Both the position numbers and the translations under genes were made by a program. This document shows, piece after piece, positions 12,285 to 25,429 of a stretch of DNA of 64,000 nt (within the stretch, counting starts at the first letter, position 1; each line of letters begins with the position of its first letter). The stretch is from Haliotis rubra (Eukaryota): assembly GCF_003918875.1 (NCBI RefSeq), contig NW_025767351.1, forward strand, positions 186,001 through 250,000. Reading direction: 5' to 3'. The notes beneath the pieces are model-generated. The model was given only the letters and a program-made list of their open reading frames with translations. It did no database searches and was not told where the DNA came from.

Positions 12285-13824
12285 TATGTTTAAAAAGCAC
12301 GGACTTTGTGTACCCCTCTGATAAGTGTAAATTGGCACGGCTCCCACGGTCTAGACTACCAGTTGTCGGACTTTCTTTGTGGAAGACGCGGTGGCTGGGG
12401 AGGTTAGGCGGCTGACTTTGTGTGCTGGCGATTAGGTGCCTGACTCTTAGACTGTGGGTTCGAATCCCGGATGAGACTCAACCCAACAAAAGTACTAGAA
12501 TCTTTACTTTACTAAGAAAGTGTAATCCTCAAATATAACGTATGTTACATTTGACCACTTTCTAAATGACATTGTGTATTCGTAGCGGAGCATAGGTATG
12601 ATCATGAAGGACCAAGGTTAATATTTTGGCAGTTTGGGATTCGAACTCGCGTCAAGCCAGTTCCAGTACAACATAGTGAGGTACGAAGACCAGAGTGCCA
12701 GTGTGTCCTACTAATCCAATGTAGTTAATCGGTGCTGCATTGATATGTAGGTGGCGTAATTACATTATCCCCCTCCTCTACCTGCACTGAGGCGTGTTTG
12801 AGACCTAAGGTAAATGAGGCAGTTCTAATTTTACTGTAAACAATAACCCGTCTTTAAATTGCACTGAGACATTTTGAGATTGCTAAGTACGAGATGGTTT
12901 TCTCGATGACGCCTTGTTTAAAAGGTTACTTGTGGCCGTAAGAAACTGGTAATTCTTTACGCCAGACATGGAACACACCATACTGGATATTACTGTGGAC
13001 TCTCGGAGAAAGGAAGTCAAATTGTATCGATTTATTTTCATGTAATCCATTTCGATAAACGATTCTGAGTGTCAGGTCATAAGATTACCGAGCCTTTCAC
13101 TCGTAATAAGTATGTTTTCCTGATGGTGCCCTTGACTCAGTAATATCTTACACTCTTTCGAAATCGATAATCTGCAGACAATTTTCATTCACAGTTTTAA
13201 AGTGAAAGAAATATTTGATAATGGGTATGTGTGAGATTCCAATGGTAATGCAAATTCGAGGGGAGAAAAAGGTTGCCTTTTGCCATCAGGGGAATTTCAG
13301 AAAGTTACACGTTATTTTTTTTCAGACACTAATGGCCTTGTGTGGAGCAGCGGAAGTGTTTAATCTTTCAATATTTTTCAGTCCGGAGGATATCGAGATA
13401 AAACATGGGTGTAATACGTATATTCACAGGGAGTCGACGGAATAGCCTTGAGTGTGGTGTCGAAATTCCTCTGATCTATACCTAGCAGTCTCTGAAGTGA
13501 ATAAGCCAGCTCTTCTGACAGACACAAGAGTGCGTCATATCCTGATTCGTGAAATCATCTTTTTTTAATCAGTGGAACCGTATGGCTTTGTCGTAATTTC
13601 AAATGTGCATTTCAAAGCCATGCAGCATTCAATTTTCATTGTAGACTATTTTAAAAATCAAAGATTCTCGCTTGGCGGCCACGTTGAATTACGAAACATG
13701 ATACGTTATACAAAAGTTAACCCTTTAATTGCAAGAAATAGTATATATGTTGTTTAGCGCCTGACCGTGAAGGAGGGATGTAAACAATCGCGTTTTGACC
13801 AGACAACTGATTAATCCAGAGATT

Positions 13825-14218
13825 NNNNNNNNNNNNNNNNNNNNNNNNNNNNNNNNNNNNNNNNNNNNNNNNNNNNNNNNNNNNNNNNNNNNNNNNNNNN
13901 NNNNNNNNNNNNNNNNNNNNNNNNNNNNNNNNNNNNNNNNNNNNNNNNNNNNNNNNNNNNNNNNNNNNNNNNNNNNNNNNNNNNNNNNNNNNNNNNNNNN
14001 NNNNNNNNNNNNNNNNNNNNNNNNNNNNNNNNNNNNNNNNNNNNNNNNNNNNNNNNNNNNNNNNNNNNNNNNNNNNNNNNNNNNNNNNNNNNNNNNNNNN
14101 NNNNNNNNNNNNNNNNNNNNNNNNNNNNNNNNNNNNNNNNNNNNNNNNNNNNNNNNNNNNNNNNNNNNNNNNNNNNNNNNNNNNNNNNNNNNNNNNNNNN
14201 NNNNNNNNNNNNNNNNNN
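13825..14218. other. Assembly gap (N run)
   Basis: Ns. Confidence 1.
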
Positions 14219-14685
14219 CCCAACCCAACTCAACTCAACTACTACAGGCAATCGACCAGGTTACCGACAATCCAGTCCATTAAGACGCTTCTTACAACAT
14301 ACATAGATTGCTGGGGATTTCTTCCTTGACATGCATATAGACGATGGTGTGCTAAACAATGATAGGATACAACGTCTTTATTACTGTTAGGGGTCAGGTT
14401 TGGATGTAGGTTCTAACACCGTTATCTAGGAAGTCGTCACGGGGTCTTGAGTGTTTTCTTGGGTGAATCAGTGGAAGGGGTTTGGCTGTTCAACCCTTAT
14501 GGAATCATATCATATCGTCGATATACCTCTAGCTTTAGTGAAACATATTTTACCAAATTGCCCTGTTGTGATTTGTCAATTTGAGCCGACAATCCGATTC
14601 CTTTGCATAAACAAAGAGAGCCAAGTACGGGGCATATTTGGGGACCTTCACACGTTTCCAAAGATAAATATATCTACACGAAACA

Positions 14686-14995
14686 ATCCGGGTTAGAAGT
14701 GGTCTTCTGCAACCAATGCTTGTAAGAGGCGACTAGTGAGTGAGTGAGTGAGTGAGTTAATATTTAACGTCACATCGACAATATCTCAGCCATATCGTGA
14801 CGAGTAAGAGGCGACTAATGGGATCGGGTGGCCAGGCTCGCTGACTTGGTTGACACATGTCATCGTATCCCACAGATCGATGTTCATGCTGTTGATCACT
14901 GGATTGTCTGGTCCAGACTCGATTATTTACAGACCGCCGCCATATAGCTGGAACATTGCTGAGTGCGGCGTAAAACTAAACTCATTCACTCGCTC
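14686..14995 (+). mobile_element. Family 2 copy interrupted by a 68-bp SINE-tail insertion (14736-14803) with 14-bp TSD gtaagaggcgacta
   Basis: TSD at 14722-14735 and 14804-14817. Confidence 0.85.
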
Positions 14996-16805
14996 ATTAC
15001 ATGAAACAAAAATAAGACGGGAAAAGACGAGAAATATGACATGCCTCATCACAGTTACCAGCACGGGTACAACACATATAGCTTGTAAGGTGAGACATCA
15101 ATACTGTCTCTGTGAAAGGTTTATATAAGGTGTTGCATCCTGGATACCCCAATCAGATCGGTAGCGAATGGAAAGCGTGACATCTTGAGAAATTAGTCAA
15201 TAAAACACAAACGATTATCATCCTCACCATCAACTTTTGTAGAAATGGGGAATTCGATTTTCAGGAAGGCTAGTCTTAAAGTGGTCGATGAAAGGTGATA
15301 CCGAGTATAATTTTAACGTAGTCTCTCCCTAAGTATAGTGTGTACTTGGAACAAACTCTCGTCCAACGATTTTATACGTCTATTTCGGTTGCGTGGTCTT
15401 GTTGAACATCAGGGGAATTCTTGACCTTCTCATTTGTCAACCTCTTCCCTAGGCATTGGCCTAGTGGTTAAAGTGTTAGTTCGGCGCGCCGAAGGCCCGG
15501 GTTCGATTCTCCACAGAATTTGAGGTATTTCATTACTCATATCCTTGTTTATCTCATACCAGTTTCGCATACGAAATTCCATGTGTTATTTTTGTATATG
15601 AACAGTCTCGTGGAATTATTTTTGTAATGGCGGGTGACTAATTTTAATGAACGTATTGAATGTCATTGTATAATTTACAGTTATATATATCTCAATATAC
15701 ATTGTACACAAACGGTACGAGTTTAATGCATTGTCTGTCTGTCCTTTATAATGATCAGGGAATACGGTAGACAATAGTCTAAACGCTCAAATGGGTAGTT
15801 TTATGGACTCTTTGATATCATAATAATGACACTGATTTAAGGGTGAGAAGCTCCTATACTACGCTAGTCCATTTTCTCATAAATTAACCTTTAGTTCGCA
15901 TAACTGTATGATAGGCATTACAACAGGCCAACGCGGTGGGCTCATTAAATTCCGTGTGCTGGCTTCGCCTTCCCAAGTACAACCCGCAAAACACAGACAT
16001 TTGTTACTCCTTACGATGTGCGCCAAGCAATAGAGGTTTTAACTGTAAATAATCAGTTATATTGACGTGTCATCAGCTGTCTGTACCAGTCCCTTAAGAC
16101 GATGTGCATTGTTGTACTCAACCCATGCTGCTTTTGAGACAATCAATCAGGAAAACAAAGAAAAAGCGAAGCTGTCCTGCAGATCTGGTGGTTAACTATC
16201 GGCGAATTATAGTCCAGAATAGATGTTCCCGGTCCCGTTCCAAAACCTGTCGTTGGGTTTTCGCTGATTCAGCTGTCGTAATATACATGCAATTGTCGTA
16301 ATAAGATAAGATCTGTTGAAATTGAGGCTGAATGAACATCCGCTGATAGTCGGGTCTTACTTTGGAATCAGGAAAGCTTCACTGACTCGCTATTGTGTCT
16401 AACGTTCCTTCATCCCGGAAGAAAAATCTGAATACTTGAAAAAATTATAGAAACATCACATGTTTGGAAAAGAACCAAATGCTTGGAAAAAATGCTTCGG
16501 AAACGCCAAATGCTTCTTTTTACCTATTACGACGATCAATTCATCATATTGCCACGACGCTGAAGACAGAATTCGTATCTAGTACCTCATGCTTGTTGTG
16601 CGATTCTTCTGATGAGGACAACTGCTGGTTGTGCGTTGTGGTGCCTCTAAAGGGTTGCCGCGATTCCCAGTGTTTCGTTTGTAATACGTACAAGCATAGT
16701 GTGCGTGTTGTCAATACACTATACATATCCTTTACAGAAATGTTGTGCCTGGAATATCATAAAAATCCTGATTTTGGTGAATCACGTGCATGTTATGGAC
16801 ACATC

Positions 16806-18256
16806 AATATAATAATAATAATAATTGATTTATAGAGCGCCTATTTCCAAAAGATATTGCTCAATGGCGCTATGAAGAGAAAAGATTGTAGACAATGTCT
16901 ATGGAAAAGAGAGTTTGAACAGATGAGTTTTGAGGGCAGTTTTGAAAGCATCAGCAGATTCTATTTCTTTTAGGGTGAGTGGTAGAATGTTCCAGAGATA
17001 GGGGGCTGCAGCAGAGAACGCTCTTGATCCCATGGCTGTTTTGACGTGAGGCTGTGTAAGCAGTAGGGAGTTTGATGAGCGGAGCAATCGGCTTGGAACA
17101 TGGAGATGAATGAGGCTTTTAAGATATTGAGAAAACATGTTTTCATAGATGCAGCTGTGTGTAAGAAGAAGAAGTTTGTATTGAATTCTGCTTGATACAG
17201 GAAGCCAGTGAAGAGTTTGGAGGATAGGTGTCACAGTTTGGTAGCGTGGTGTACGGGCAACAACACGGGCGGCTGAATTCTGAATCCGTTGGAGTTGTGA
17301 AAGGAGCTGTTGAGGAATGTTGTAATAGAGGAGTTGCAGTAATCAAGTTTAGAGAACAAGGCTGGTCGTTAGAAGCTGGGCGGTGTTGAAGTCTAAGAGG
17401 GTTCGGATCTTGCTAATATTGAAGATATGGTAGAAACATCCTTTGCTGAGTGATTTGATTTGATTTTCTAATGACATTGTTGATTGAAAGATGACACCAA
17501 GATTTTTTGCAGAGTCGGACTGCGTGATAACATCTTGTCCAATTTCAAGAGATAAACTGTCAGGCACTTTGGAAAGTTGATGCCTGGATCCGATGGTTAA
17601 GAACTCAGTCTTTGTGTCATTCAATTTCAGAAAGTTCAAGGTCATCCAGTCTCTTATTTCAGCAATACATTGTTGTATCATCAGTGCACAACCTTGAGCA
17701 AGGTTAGGCTCCGCTGACAGATATAACTGATTGTCATCAGCATAAAGATGAAATTTCAGTGAGTGCTTTCGGACAATGTCACCAATGGGAAGAATGTACA
17801 GACTAAACAGTAAAGGTCCAAGGACAGATCCTTGGGGAACGCCATAGTGGAGTGGTGATGCAGTGGAGAGTACAGATTCCACTTTGACGGACTGTGACCT
17901 ATCAGATAGGTAAGAACGTACCCAGTCAAGGACAATTCCATCGATACTGACTCTGACCTTCAGACGCTGCAGAAGAATTTGGTGATCAACAGTATCAAAA
18001 GCACTGGAGAGATCCAAAAGAACAAGGAGAGTCACCTGACGCTGGTCCATGGCAGTCATGATGTCATTGTGTACTTGGACTAGCGCAGTCTCTGTACTGT
18101 GCTTTGACCTGTACGCTGATTGGTAGGGCTCCATCAAGTCATGTTGCTGAAGGTGTTCCACAATTCTGTTTGCAACAATCTTCTCGAGACATTTAGACAG
18201 AAAGGACAAATTTGACACTGGCCTGTAGTTTCTGAAATTGTCTGCATCAAGGGTTG
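16806..18256 (-). mobile_element. 5'-truncated L2-clade LINE (RT domain and 3' end), frameshifted
   Basis: NYRPVSNLSFLSK, QSAYR..HSTETAL, LLDLSSAFDTVDH, GVPQGSVLGPLLF, YADD; LHWLPV; tail gcgctctataaat(tat)n. Confidence 0.95.
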
Positions 18257-20324
18257 CAAAGATTATCAGCGGGGACGTCACTGGAATGTCGCACATAGGG
18301 GCTTTACTGACTGACTGAGTTTGGTTTTACTCCGCTCTTTATTTTTTTGCCTATAATAATCCTCCAAACCGAGGTGCATACTTTCTTTTGTACGTCAGTG
18401 TATTTCAAGATGGAACACTCTCGACTAGTTTTAATATGTTGTTACACCGGATGCCTAGCCCATGATAGGAAGGTAATGGCGACTGGGGACACTTAAAACA
18501 CTTCAAAACAAGTTGAGAAGTTAAAGTATAAAATATGCTGCGTAACGATGGTACGATGCATCTGTCAAGATTAAATCGACCCGCATTTGCCACTCCAGTG
18601 ACATTTATGTATTGAAAACCTTCACCCGTTTTGCCTGATTGCCTTCTCTCAACATTAATAGCGAGAGATGATCACTTTACCGTGAAAGTAGCGATAACGA
18701 CTCGAGATATAGGAGGTCGCCCTGCCCGCGGGTAGAGGATGATTTGCATACCTACCGTCCTTCCCCTCTAGACAAACAAGACCAGTTCTTGCCTGTTTTA
18801 TCCGTCAGCAGTAATTATAAGGACAGTTTACTCCACAGTTCAATGATTTTAGTAAGGTAGCCTAGTGGTTCAAGCGTTTGCTTGTCGGCAACATCTCACG
18901 GTAGCAGGGCTCCAAGGCTGCACTGTATGCTGAGCCAAGGGATGTATAGTAGTCCTATCCTTCAAAGAGGCAAGTCTAGATACGTGGACAGGACGCACAT
19001 ATATATTTAGAAATTATCATTGAAACTATTATTTTTATCTTAGAGGCTTATGGAAGGCTAATCTCACGTCTGTATACCGTGTCTTAACCCCAGTACATGG
19101 TTTTGCTGTCCGATACTCTTCCCTATTTGACTTGTACCTTATGCTCCCGTGTTTGTTCAATCATAAACTTGCCTGGCCTTTGCATGTGTTTTAACTAGTG
19201 TACAATCACATAGTATCGTCACTAATTGATGCTAGTTCATAAATACATGCTTATGATAAAGTCACAATCGTAGTTAATATTTCCTTGAGGGGAGACAAGG
19301 TAATAATTTGTCGCATGTATTTGACTGTATATCACTTTGACGTTCTGTGCGTCTACAAGTTAGGGACGCTGTCAAACAGAAATGAAGGAAAGTTTGGTTG
19401 ATCGTGTAAACTCATTACAAGACAGAAATCAATGCAAATTAATTTCGATGCAAATGTGAGACGAAAGGGCTACTTTCCGTATAGTTCCATTCTAAATTTA
19501 ATTCCAAATGCCGTTTAAAGTTGAAAGCATCATATGAAAGCACGGTCGCCATTGTGTATGACTGTACATTATACATTACAGTCTTTGACTTCAAAGAACC
19601 TTCCTCTGTTGATTACAAATTTCCTCACGGTTTAAAAATTCTCATAGCTACTAGGTTCGTTTGATGCAGGACGATAGGTCTTTACAGCTCAAAACCTCAT
19701 CAATAATTCTTTGAAATGTGAAATCTCAGGATGACATGCGTTGCAGCCATATTCATCACATTTGTAATACATATGTAAACCTATTTGTTCTCACAGACAC
19801 TGCGGGTTGTTACATTTCATCCGTAATTAAAATGGCCAGAGCAACGCTAAATCCAGAATCTCGTTAATTGGAGTCTCTTCTTGAAGACGTCTTCTTCCAG
19901 AAACCCAATGTATTAACGCGACAGCTGACCGACTGGGAGATGTACTTGTTTATTGCCTGATCGTTATATAGCACTGAAATGCCAGTCGGAAACTTAAGGG
20001 TCCAGGGTTTTTGCATGCGATGTGTAGATACCGTATACTGCGCTTCAAAGTCTGTAGACATGTGTTGATTAGATGCGTCTGCGTACGGCTGTACCTCAGT
20101 GCCAATCTCTCCTGGTGTAGGTCATCGTTGGGGGATTCGATTTCCAACCAAGTACGATGCCGGTGCAGCATCTGCATGTGGTATCGGTATTACCTATATA
20201 TTAATTACATGTAGACTCATTCCATTAGCAAACAGCCTTCTATTCTGCACGGTGAAGTAATGGTAGGTGTATTCATGCGAAAGTGTTATTGCGATGATTA
20301 AACAGCCTGTCCTGGGTTTCAGAA

Positions 20325-20494
20325 CTGACTGACTGACTGAGTTTGGTTTTACGCCGCTTTTAGCAATATTCCAGCAACATCACGGCGGAGGACACCAGAA
20401 TTGGGCTTCACACATTGTACCCATGTGGGGATTCGAACCCGGGTCTTCGGCGTGACGAGCCAACGCTTTAACCACTAGGCTACCCCACCGCCCC
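20325..20494 (-). mobile_element. SINE family 1, (tcag)n-tail subfamily, 11-bp TSD gggtttcagaa
   Basis: Full length, TSD. Confidence 0.92.
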
Positions 20495-20548
20495 GGGTTT
20501 CAGAAGGTATCTGGAGGAGGTATAGGTTGCGTCTACTAATGATATCGG

Positions 20549-20820
20549 TAACATATGTTATAGTTGGGATTACACTTTCTTAGTAAAGTACAAATTCTAG
20601 TACTTTTGTTGGGTTGGAGTCCCATCCGGGATTCGAACCCACACTCCGGGAGTCAGGCCCCAATCGCTAGCACACAAAGTCAGCCGCCTAACCCACTCAG
20701 CCAACGAAACTTGTCAGCCGCCTAACCCGCTCAGCTGAGTGGGTTAGACGGATGACTTTGTGTGCGGGCGATTAGGTGCCTGACTCTGAGGATGTGGGTT
20801 CGAATCCCGGATGGGACTCT
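20549..20820. mobile_element. Second fold-back copy with head-to-head tRNA-like arms
   Basis: Palindrome centred at tcag|ctga (20734/20735); A box and GGTTCGAATCC B box on each arm. Confidence 0.75.
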
Positions 20821-20968
20821 AGTGGTTAAAGCGTTCGCCCGTCACGCCGAAGACCCGGGTTCAATTCCCAACATGGGTACAATGTGTGAAGCCCATTTCT
20901 GGTGTCCCCCGCTGTGATATTGCTGGAATATTGCTAAAAGCGGCGTAAAACCATACTTACTCACTCAT
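20820..20968 (+). mobile_element. SINE family 1, 5'-truncated, abutting the fold-back element
   Basis: Family body and tail. Confidence 0.88.
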
Positions 20969-21027
20969 TCCCTGTAGTGGCTTCATGGTTTAACCATGTG
21001 CAGAGTCGGGTTCTGGTGACTGTGATA

Positions 21028-21492
21028 TCAGGGCCTAATCACAGTCGTAGATGGATCTGCTCACAATGAATGAGAGCCTAATCACAGTCGTAGCAGGATC
21101 TGCTCACAATGGATCAGGGCCTAATCACAGTAGTAGCGGGATCTGCTCACAATGGATCAGGGCCTAATCACAGTCGTAGCGGGATCTGCAATGGCTCACA
21201 ATCATCAATGGACGAGGGCCTAATCACAGTCGTAGCGGGATCTGCTCACAATGGATCAGGGCCTAATCACAGTCGTAGCGGGATCTGCTCACAATGGATG
21301 AGGGCCTAATCACAGTCGTAGCGGGATCTGCTCACAATGGATGAGGGCCTAATCACAGTCGTAGATGGATCTGCTCACAATGGATCAGGGCCTAATCACA
21401 GTCGTAGATGGATCTGCTCACAATGGATCAGGGCCTAATCACAGTCGTAGCGGGATCTGCTCACAATGGATCAGGGCCTAATCACAGTAGTA
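21028..21492. repeat. 43-bp minisatellite, ~10 copies
   Basis: Unit agggcctaatcacagtcgtagcgggatctgctcacaatggatc. Confidence 0.95.
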
Positions 21493-21834
21493 CTTGGGCC
21501 TTGAGTCTGGCGACAGTGGTATCAGGGTCCGGTCACAGTGGTATCAGGATCTAGCAACACTCGTATCAAGGTCTAATCACAGCGTATGAGAGCCATATCC
21601 CAGTTGCATCAGGGTCTGGCCACAGCCGTATGTGTAGAGATATGTATTGAAATTCCCAAAACTGACTTGATATTTCCTCCTGATCTGTCACGCCAACATA
21701 AAGTCATTATGAACTCATTCACGACAAAAAAAAGGAATGGTTGGAAATAATCCGCACAGACAAGACATATCTCATCATTATTCACTTCCTTGTTTCCCAT
21801 CAATCATACATGATTTGTTCGACGTTAGGGTGTT

Positions 21835-23670
21835 GTGAGCGAGTGACCACTTCTGTGTTTGTTTCAAGTGAGGGTTGGTATACTGGGAGCGAGCGACCAC
21901 TTCTGTGTTTGTTTCAGGTGAGGGTTGGTATGCTGGGAGCGAGCGACCACTTCTGTGTTTGTTTCAGGTGAGGGTTGGTATGCTGGGAGCCAGTGACCAC
22001 TTGTGTGTTTGTTTCAGGTGAGGGTTCGTGTGGTGTGAGCCAGTGCACATGACCACTTGTGTGTTTGTTTCAGGTGAGGGTTCATGTGGTGTGAGCCGGT
22101 GACCACTTGTGCGTTTGTTTCAGGTGAGGGTTGGTATGCTGGGAGCCAGTGACCACTTGTGTGTTTGCTTCAGGTGAGGGTTGGTGTGGTGTGAGCCAGT
22201 GCACATGACCACTTGTGTGTTTGTTTCAGGTGAGGGTTGGTGTGGTGTGAGCCAGTGACCACTTCTGTGTTTGTTTCAGGTGAGGGTTCATGTGGTGTGA
22301 GCCAGTGACAACTTGTGTGTTTGCTTCAGGTGAGGGTTCGTGTGGTGTGAGCCGGTGACATCGTGTGTGTTTGTTTCAGGTGAGGGTTCGTGTGGTGTGA
22401 GCCAGTGACCACTTGTGTGTTTGTTTCAGGTGAGGGTTGGTGTGGTGTGAGCCAGTGACAACTTGTGTGTTTGTTTCAGGTGAGGGTTCGTGTGGTGTGA
22501 GCCAGTGACAACTTGTGTGTTTGTTTCAGGTGAGGGTTCGTGTGGTGTGAGCCGGTGACATCGTGTGTGTTTGTTTCAGGTGAGGGTTCGTGTGGTGTGA
22601 GCCAGTGACCATTTGTGTGTTTGTTTCAGGTGAGGGTTGATATGCCGGGAGCCAGTGACCACTTGTGTGTTTGTTTCAGGTGAGGGTTGGTATGCTGGGA
22701 TTGAGTGACCAGTTGCGTATTTGTTTTAGGTGAGGGTTGGTGTGGTGTGAGCCGGTGACCACTTCTGTGTTTGCTTCAGGTGAGGGTTGGTATCCTGGGA
22801 GCGAGTGACCACTTCTGTGTTTGTTTCAGGTGAGGGTTGGTATGTGATGTGAGCCAGTGACCACTTGTGTGTTTGTTTCAGGTGAGGGTTGGTATGCTGG
22901 GAGCCAGTGACCACTTGTGTGTTTGCTTCAGGTGAGGGTTGGTATGCTGGGAGCGAGTGACCACTTGTGTGTTTGTTTCAGGTGAGGGTTGGTATGCTGG
23001 GAGCCAGTGACCACTTGTGTGTTTGTTTCAGGTGAGGGTTGGTGGGGTGTGAGCCAGTGACCACTTGTGTGTTTGTTTCAGGTGAGGGTTCATGTGGTGT
23101 GAGCCGGTGACCACTTGTGTCTTTGTTCCAGGTGAGGGTTGGTGTGGTGTGAGCCAGTGACCACTTCTGTGTTTGTTTCAGGTGAGGGTTGGTATGCTGG
23201 GAGCGAGTGACCACTTGTGTGTTTGTTTCAGGTGAGGGTTGGTATGCTGGGAGCCAGTGACCACTTGTGTGTTTGTTTCAGGTGAGGGTTGGTGGGGTGT
23301 GAGCCAGTGACCACTTGTGTGTTTGTTTCAGGTGAGGGTTCATGTGGTGTGAGCCGGTGACCACTTGTGTCTTTGTTCCAGGTGAGGGTTGGTGTGGTGT
23401 GAGCCAGTGACCACTTCTGTGTTTGTTTCAGGTGAGGGTTCATGTGGTGTGAGCCAGTGACCACTTGTGTGTTTCAGGTAAGGGTTGCTGTGTAACGAGA
23501 AGTGACCACTTGTGTGTTTGTTTCAGGTAAGTGTTGCTGTGTAACGAGAAGTGACCACGTGTGTTTGTTTCAGGTAAGGATTGTTGTGTAACGAGAAGTG
23601 CCCACTGGTGTGTTTGTTTCAGGTAAGGATTGTTGTGTAACGAGAAGTGACGACGGATGTGTTTGCTGCA
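21835..23670 (+). repeat. 50-bp minisatellite, ~36 copies, most containing tttcag|gtgag or tttcag|gtaag
   Basis: Unit caggtgagggttggtatgctgggagccagtgaccacttgtgtgtttgttt. Confidence 0.95.
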
Positions 23671-23712
23671 GCTGGGGATTTGAGTTCTGCCCGTCAACAA
23701 TACTTCAAAGTC

Positions 23713-23780
23713 ATGAACTCGGACATCGAAGACTCGGTCCACAGCACCGGACATCGGCTCGTCATACATGTGGATTACTG
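23713..23780 (+). CDS. MIEN1: Rdx-family selenoprotein (MIEN1/SELENOW2-like), coding exon 1: MNSDIEDSVHSTGHRLVIHVDY-C(split)
   Basis: ATG in aaagtcATGa context; VIHVDYC resembles the Rdx beta1 strand (IxVEYC); ends TG|gtcagt (phase 2), completing Cys with the next exon; acceptor gtttgctgcag at ~23671 with an open frame upstream of the ATG. Confidence 0.8.
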
Positions 23781-25429
23781 GTCAGTTGAATTTCGTTGTT
23801 GAACGTTGAGTTGTCAGGTACCCAGTTAACTGTTACGTCGCTTTTACAGTTAGACCCTCGAACAATAACTGAATAATACCTACACATTTGAAAACACTTT
23901 ATGTTTGCGGAATGAAATAAATGACACGAAATAGGTTCATCAGAAAGTGAAGTAGTACCTTCAGCCGTGGAATGCTTACAAAAATCATCTGAAGGCAATT
24001 TGTGTTTTTTCAAAACATGAAGCATAAATGATCTTATGTTTTGTCGTGCACTGACTATGAATTTTGTAAGAAAGGTTCATTCGCCTCGCATTTTGACTAT
24101 ATACGAAAGTTGGGGTTCAAGTCACATTAACCCATTATTTTCATTCTATCACATTTAAAATCGCATGGCAGGAACTTGTATGTCAGAGGTAGTTCTGTTG
24201 TAGTTGTGGTGTTGTTCGTAGCGAGCTGTATCATGTGTTCAGGAAATATGACAAGGGGATTTAGTGATGCCCATATATTTTTGTTCTGAAATAACCAAAT
24301 GCTAATGGTATATGAAGATACACCCGTAACAACTATAATCACCAGTCCTTCCTGTGTACTTTATAATCATATATGTAACATTACTGTGATGGTATTTTTA
24401 TAAATGTTTTAGCTATCAAGAAAAATCTGTGGAAATGTTGTTGCATCCTTTGAAGCAGAGGAAGTTAGGACAGAGTTAAAGGTGGTCATATACATACTGC
24501 CAGGAAATATGAAATGTTTACGGCACAATTGGGGTTTTGATTTTCAGTATGTATGTAACTTGTAAGCAATAACAAATGTCGGGGTTTTTTTCCAGTATGC
24601 ATATCTATAATGTCAATTGAATATCGGAATATCTAGTAAGCAGTCTTTTTTCAAGGTAGATACATAAAGGTATATGACTGACGACACAAGTGCTAATGAC
24701 AATCATGAACACCAAAGCAAAAGCTGCGTGTCGATTATAAATAATTGTAATATACTTCTGGACAAGTGTCATATCTGGAAATGGTTTCTTCTCAGCAAGT
24801 CCTATGCTATCAATAGGATCTGCGTTTCATCTGAATAGCAGTCAGTACGGCAAATCACATACGCCAACTATTCCCAACGAACATAGAGAATCTTCAAATC
24901 TGTATTTTCTTACCGCGGATCCTTTTTAATACGAAGTCAATGTTTCAATGCCTGCAGTTATTTCGTCAAGTAAAATAAAACCTTTCAACAGTGGGTAATT
25001 GAGCTTCTAAACCGGATTATCCTTAACACTCACCAAACACATCCCACACGCACAGGAGATCAATTAAGTACGCGTTTACAAATTAGATTATATAGGTCCA
25101 AATCAAGGCCGATATTGAAATGTTCCAATGTGTCCGTGTTGACCATTAGGCGGTAAGGGTAAATTGTGTTCTGGTACAGAGCCACGTAGTGCAGCACGGT
25201 CCACGTGTGTGTATTGTGTGTGTATAGGGACTGTATTGCCATGGGGCATAGTAGCATTAACTCTGTAATGGCCATGTTGGCTAGCTGTATATCAACATTA
25301 ACTTGTGTTCGGGTCGTCTTGTCAAGTAGTATATCAACATTGACGTGTGTTAGGTCCTTGCTGGCAAGTAGTATGTTAACATTATCTAGTGTAACGACTT
25401 TTTCTGACCAAGAAGTATGTTGACATTAA

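Larger units (their letters stand above)
9639..12549. mobile_element. Fold-back element with tRNA-like inverted arms, disrupted by LINE and Tc1 insertions
   Basis: 9639-9775 is the reverse complement of ~12415-12549; central segment cacggactttgtgtacc...ctagactaccagttg. Confidence 0.7.

Noticed and set aside
16600-16645. CTGATGAG-GACAAC..GTTGTG, hammerhead-like
   Set aside because: GAAA core missing; at most a heavily decayed remnant
19800-20200. Coding-looking block with several short ORFs on both strands
   Set aside because: No recognisable domain or consistent splice structure
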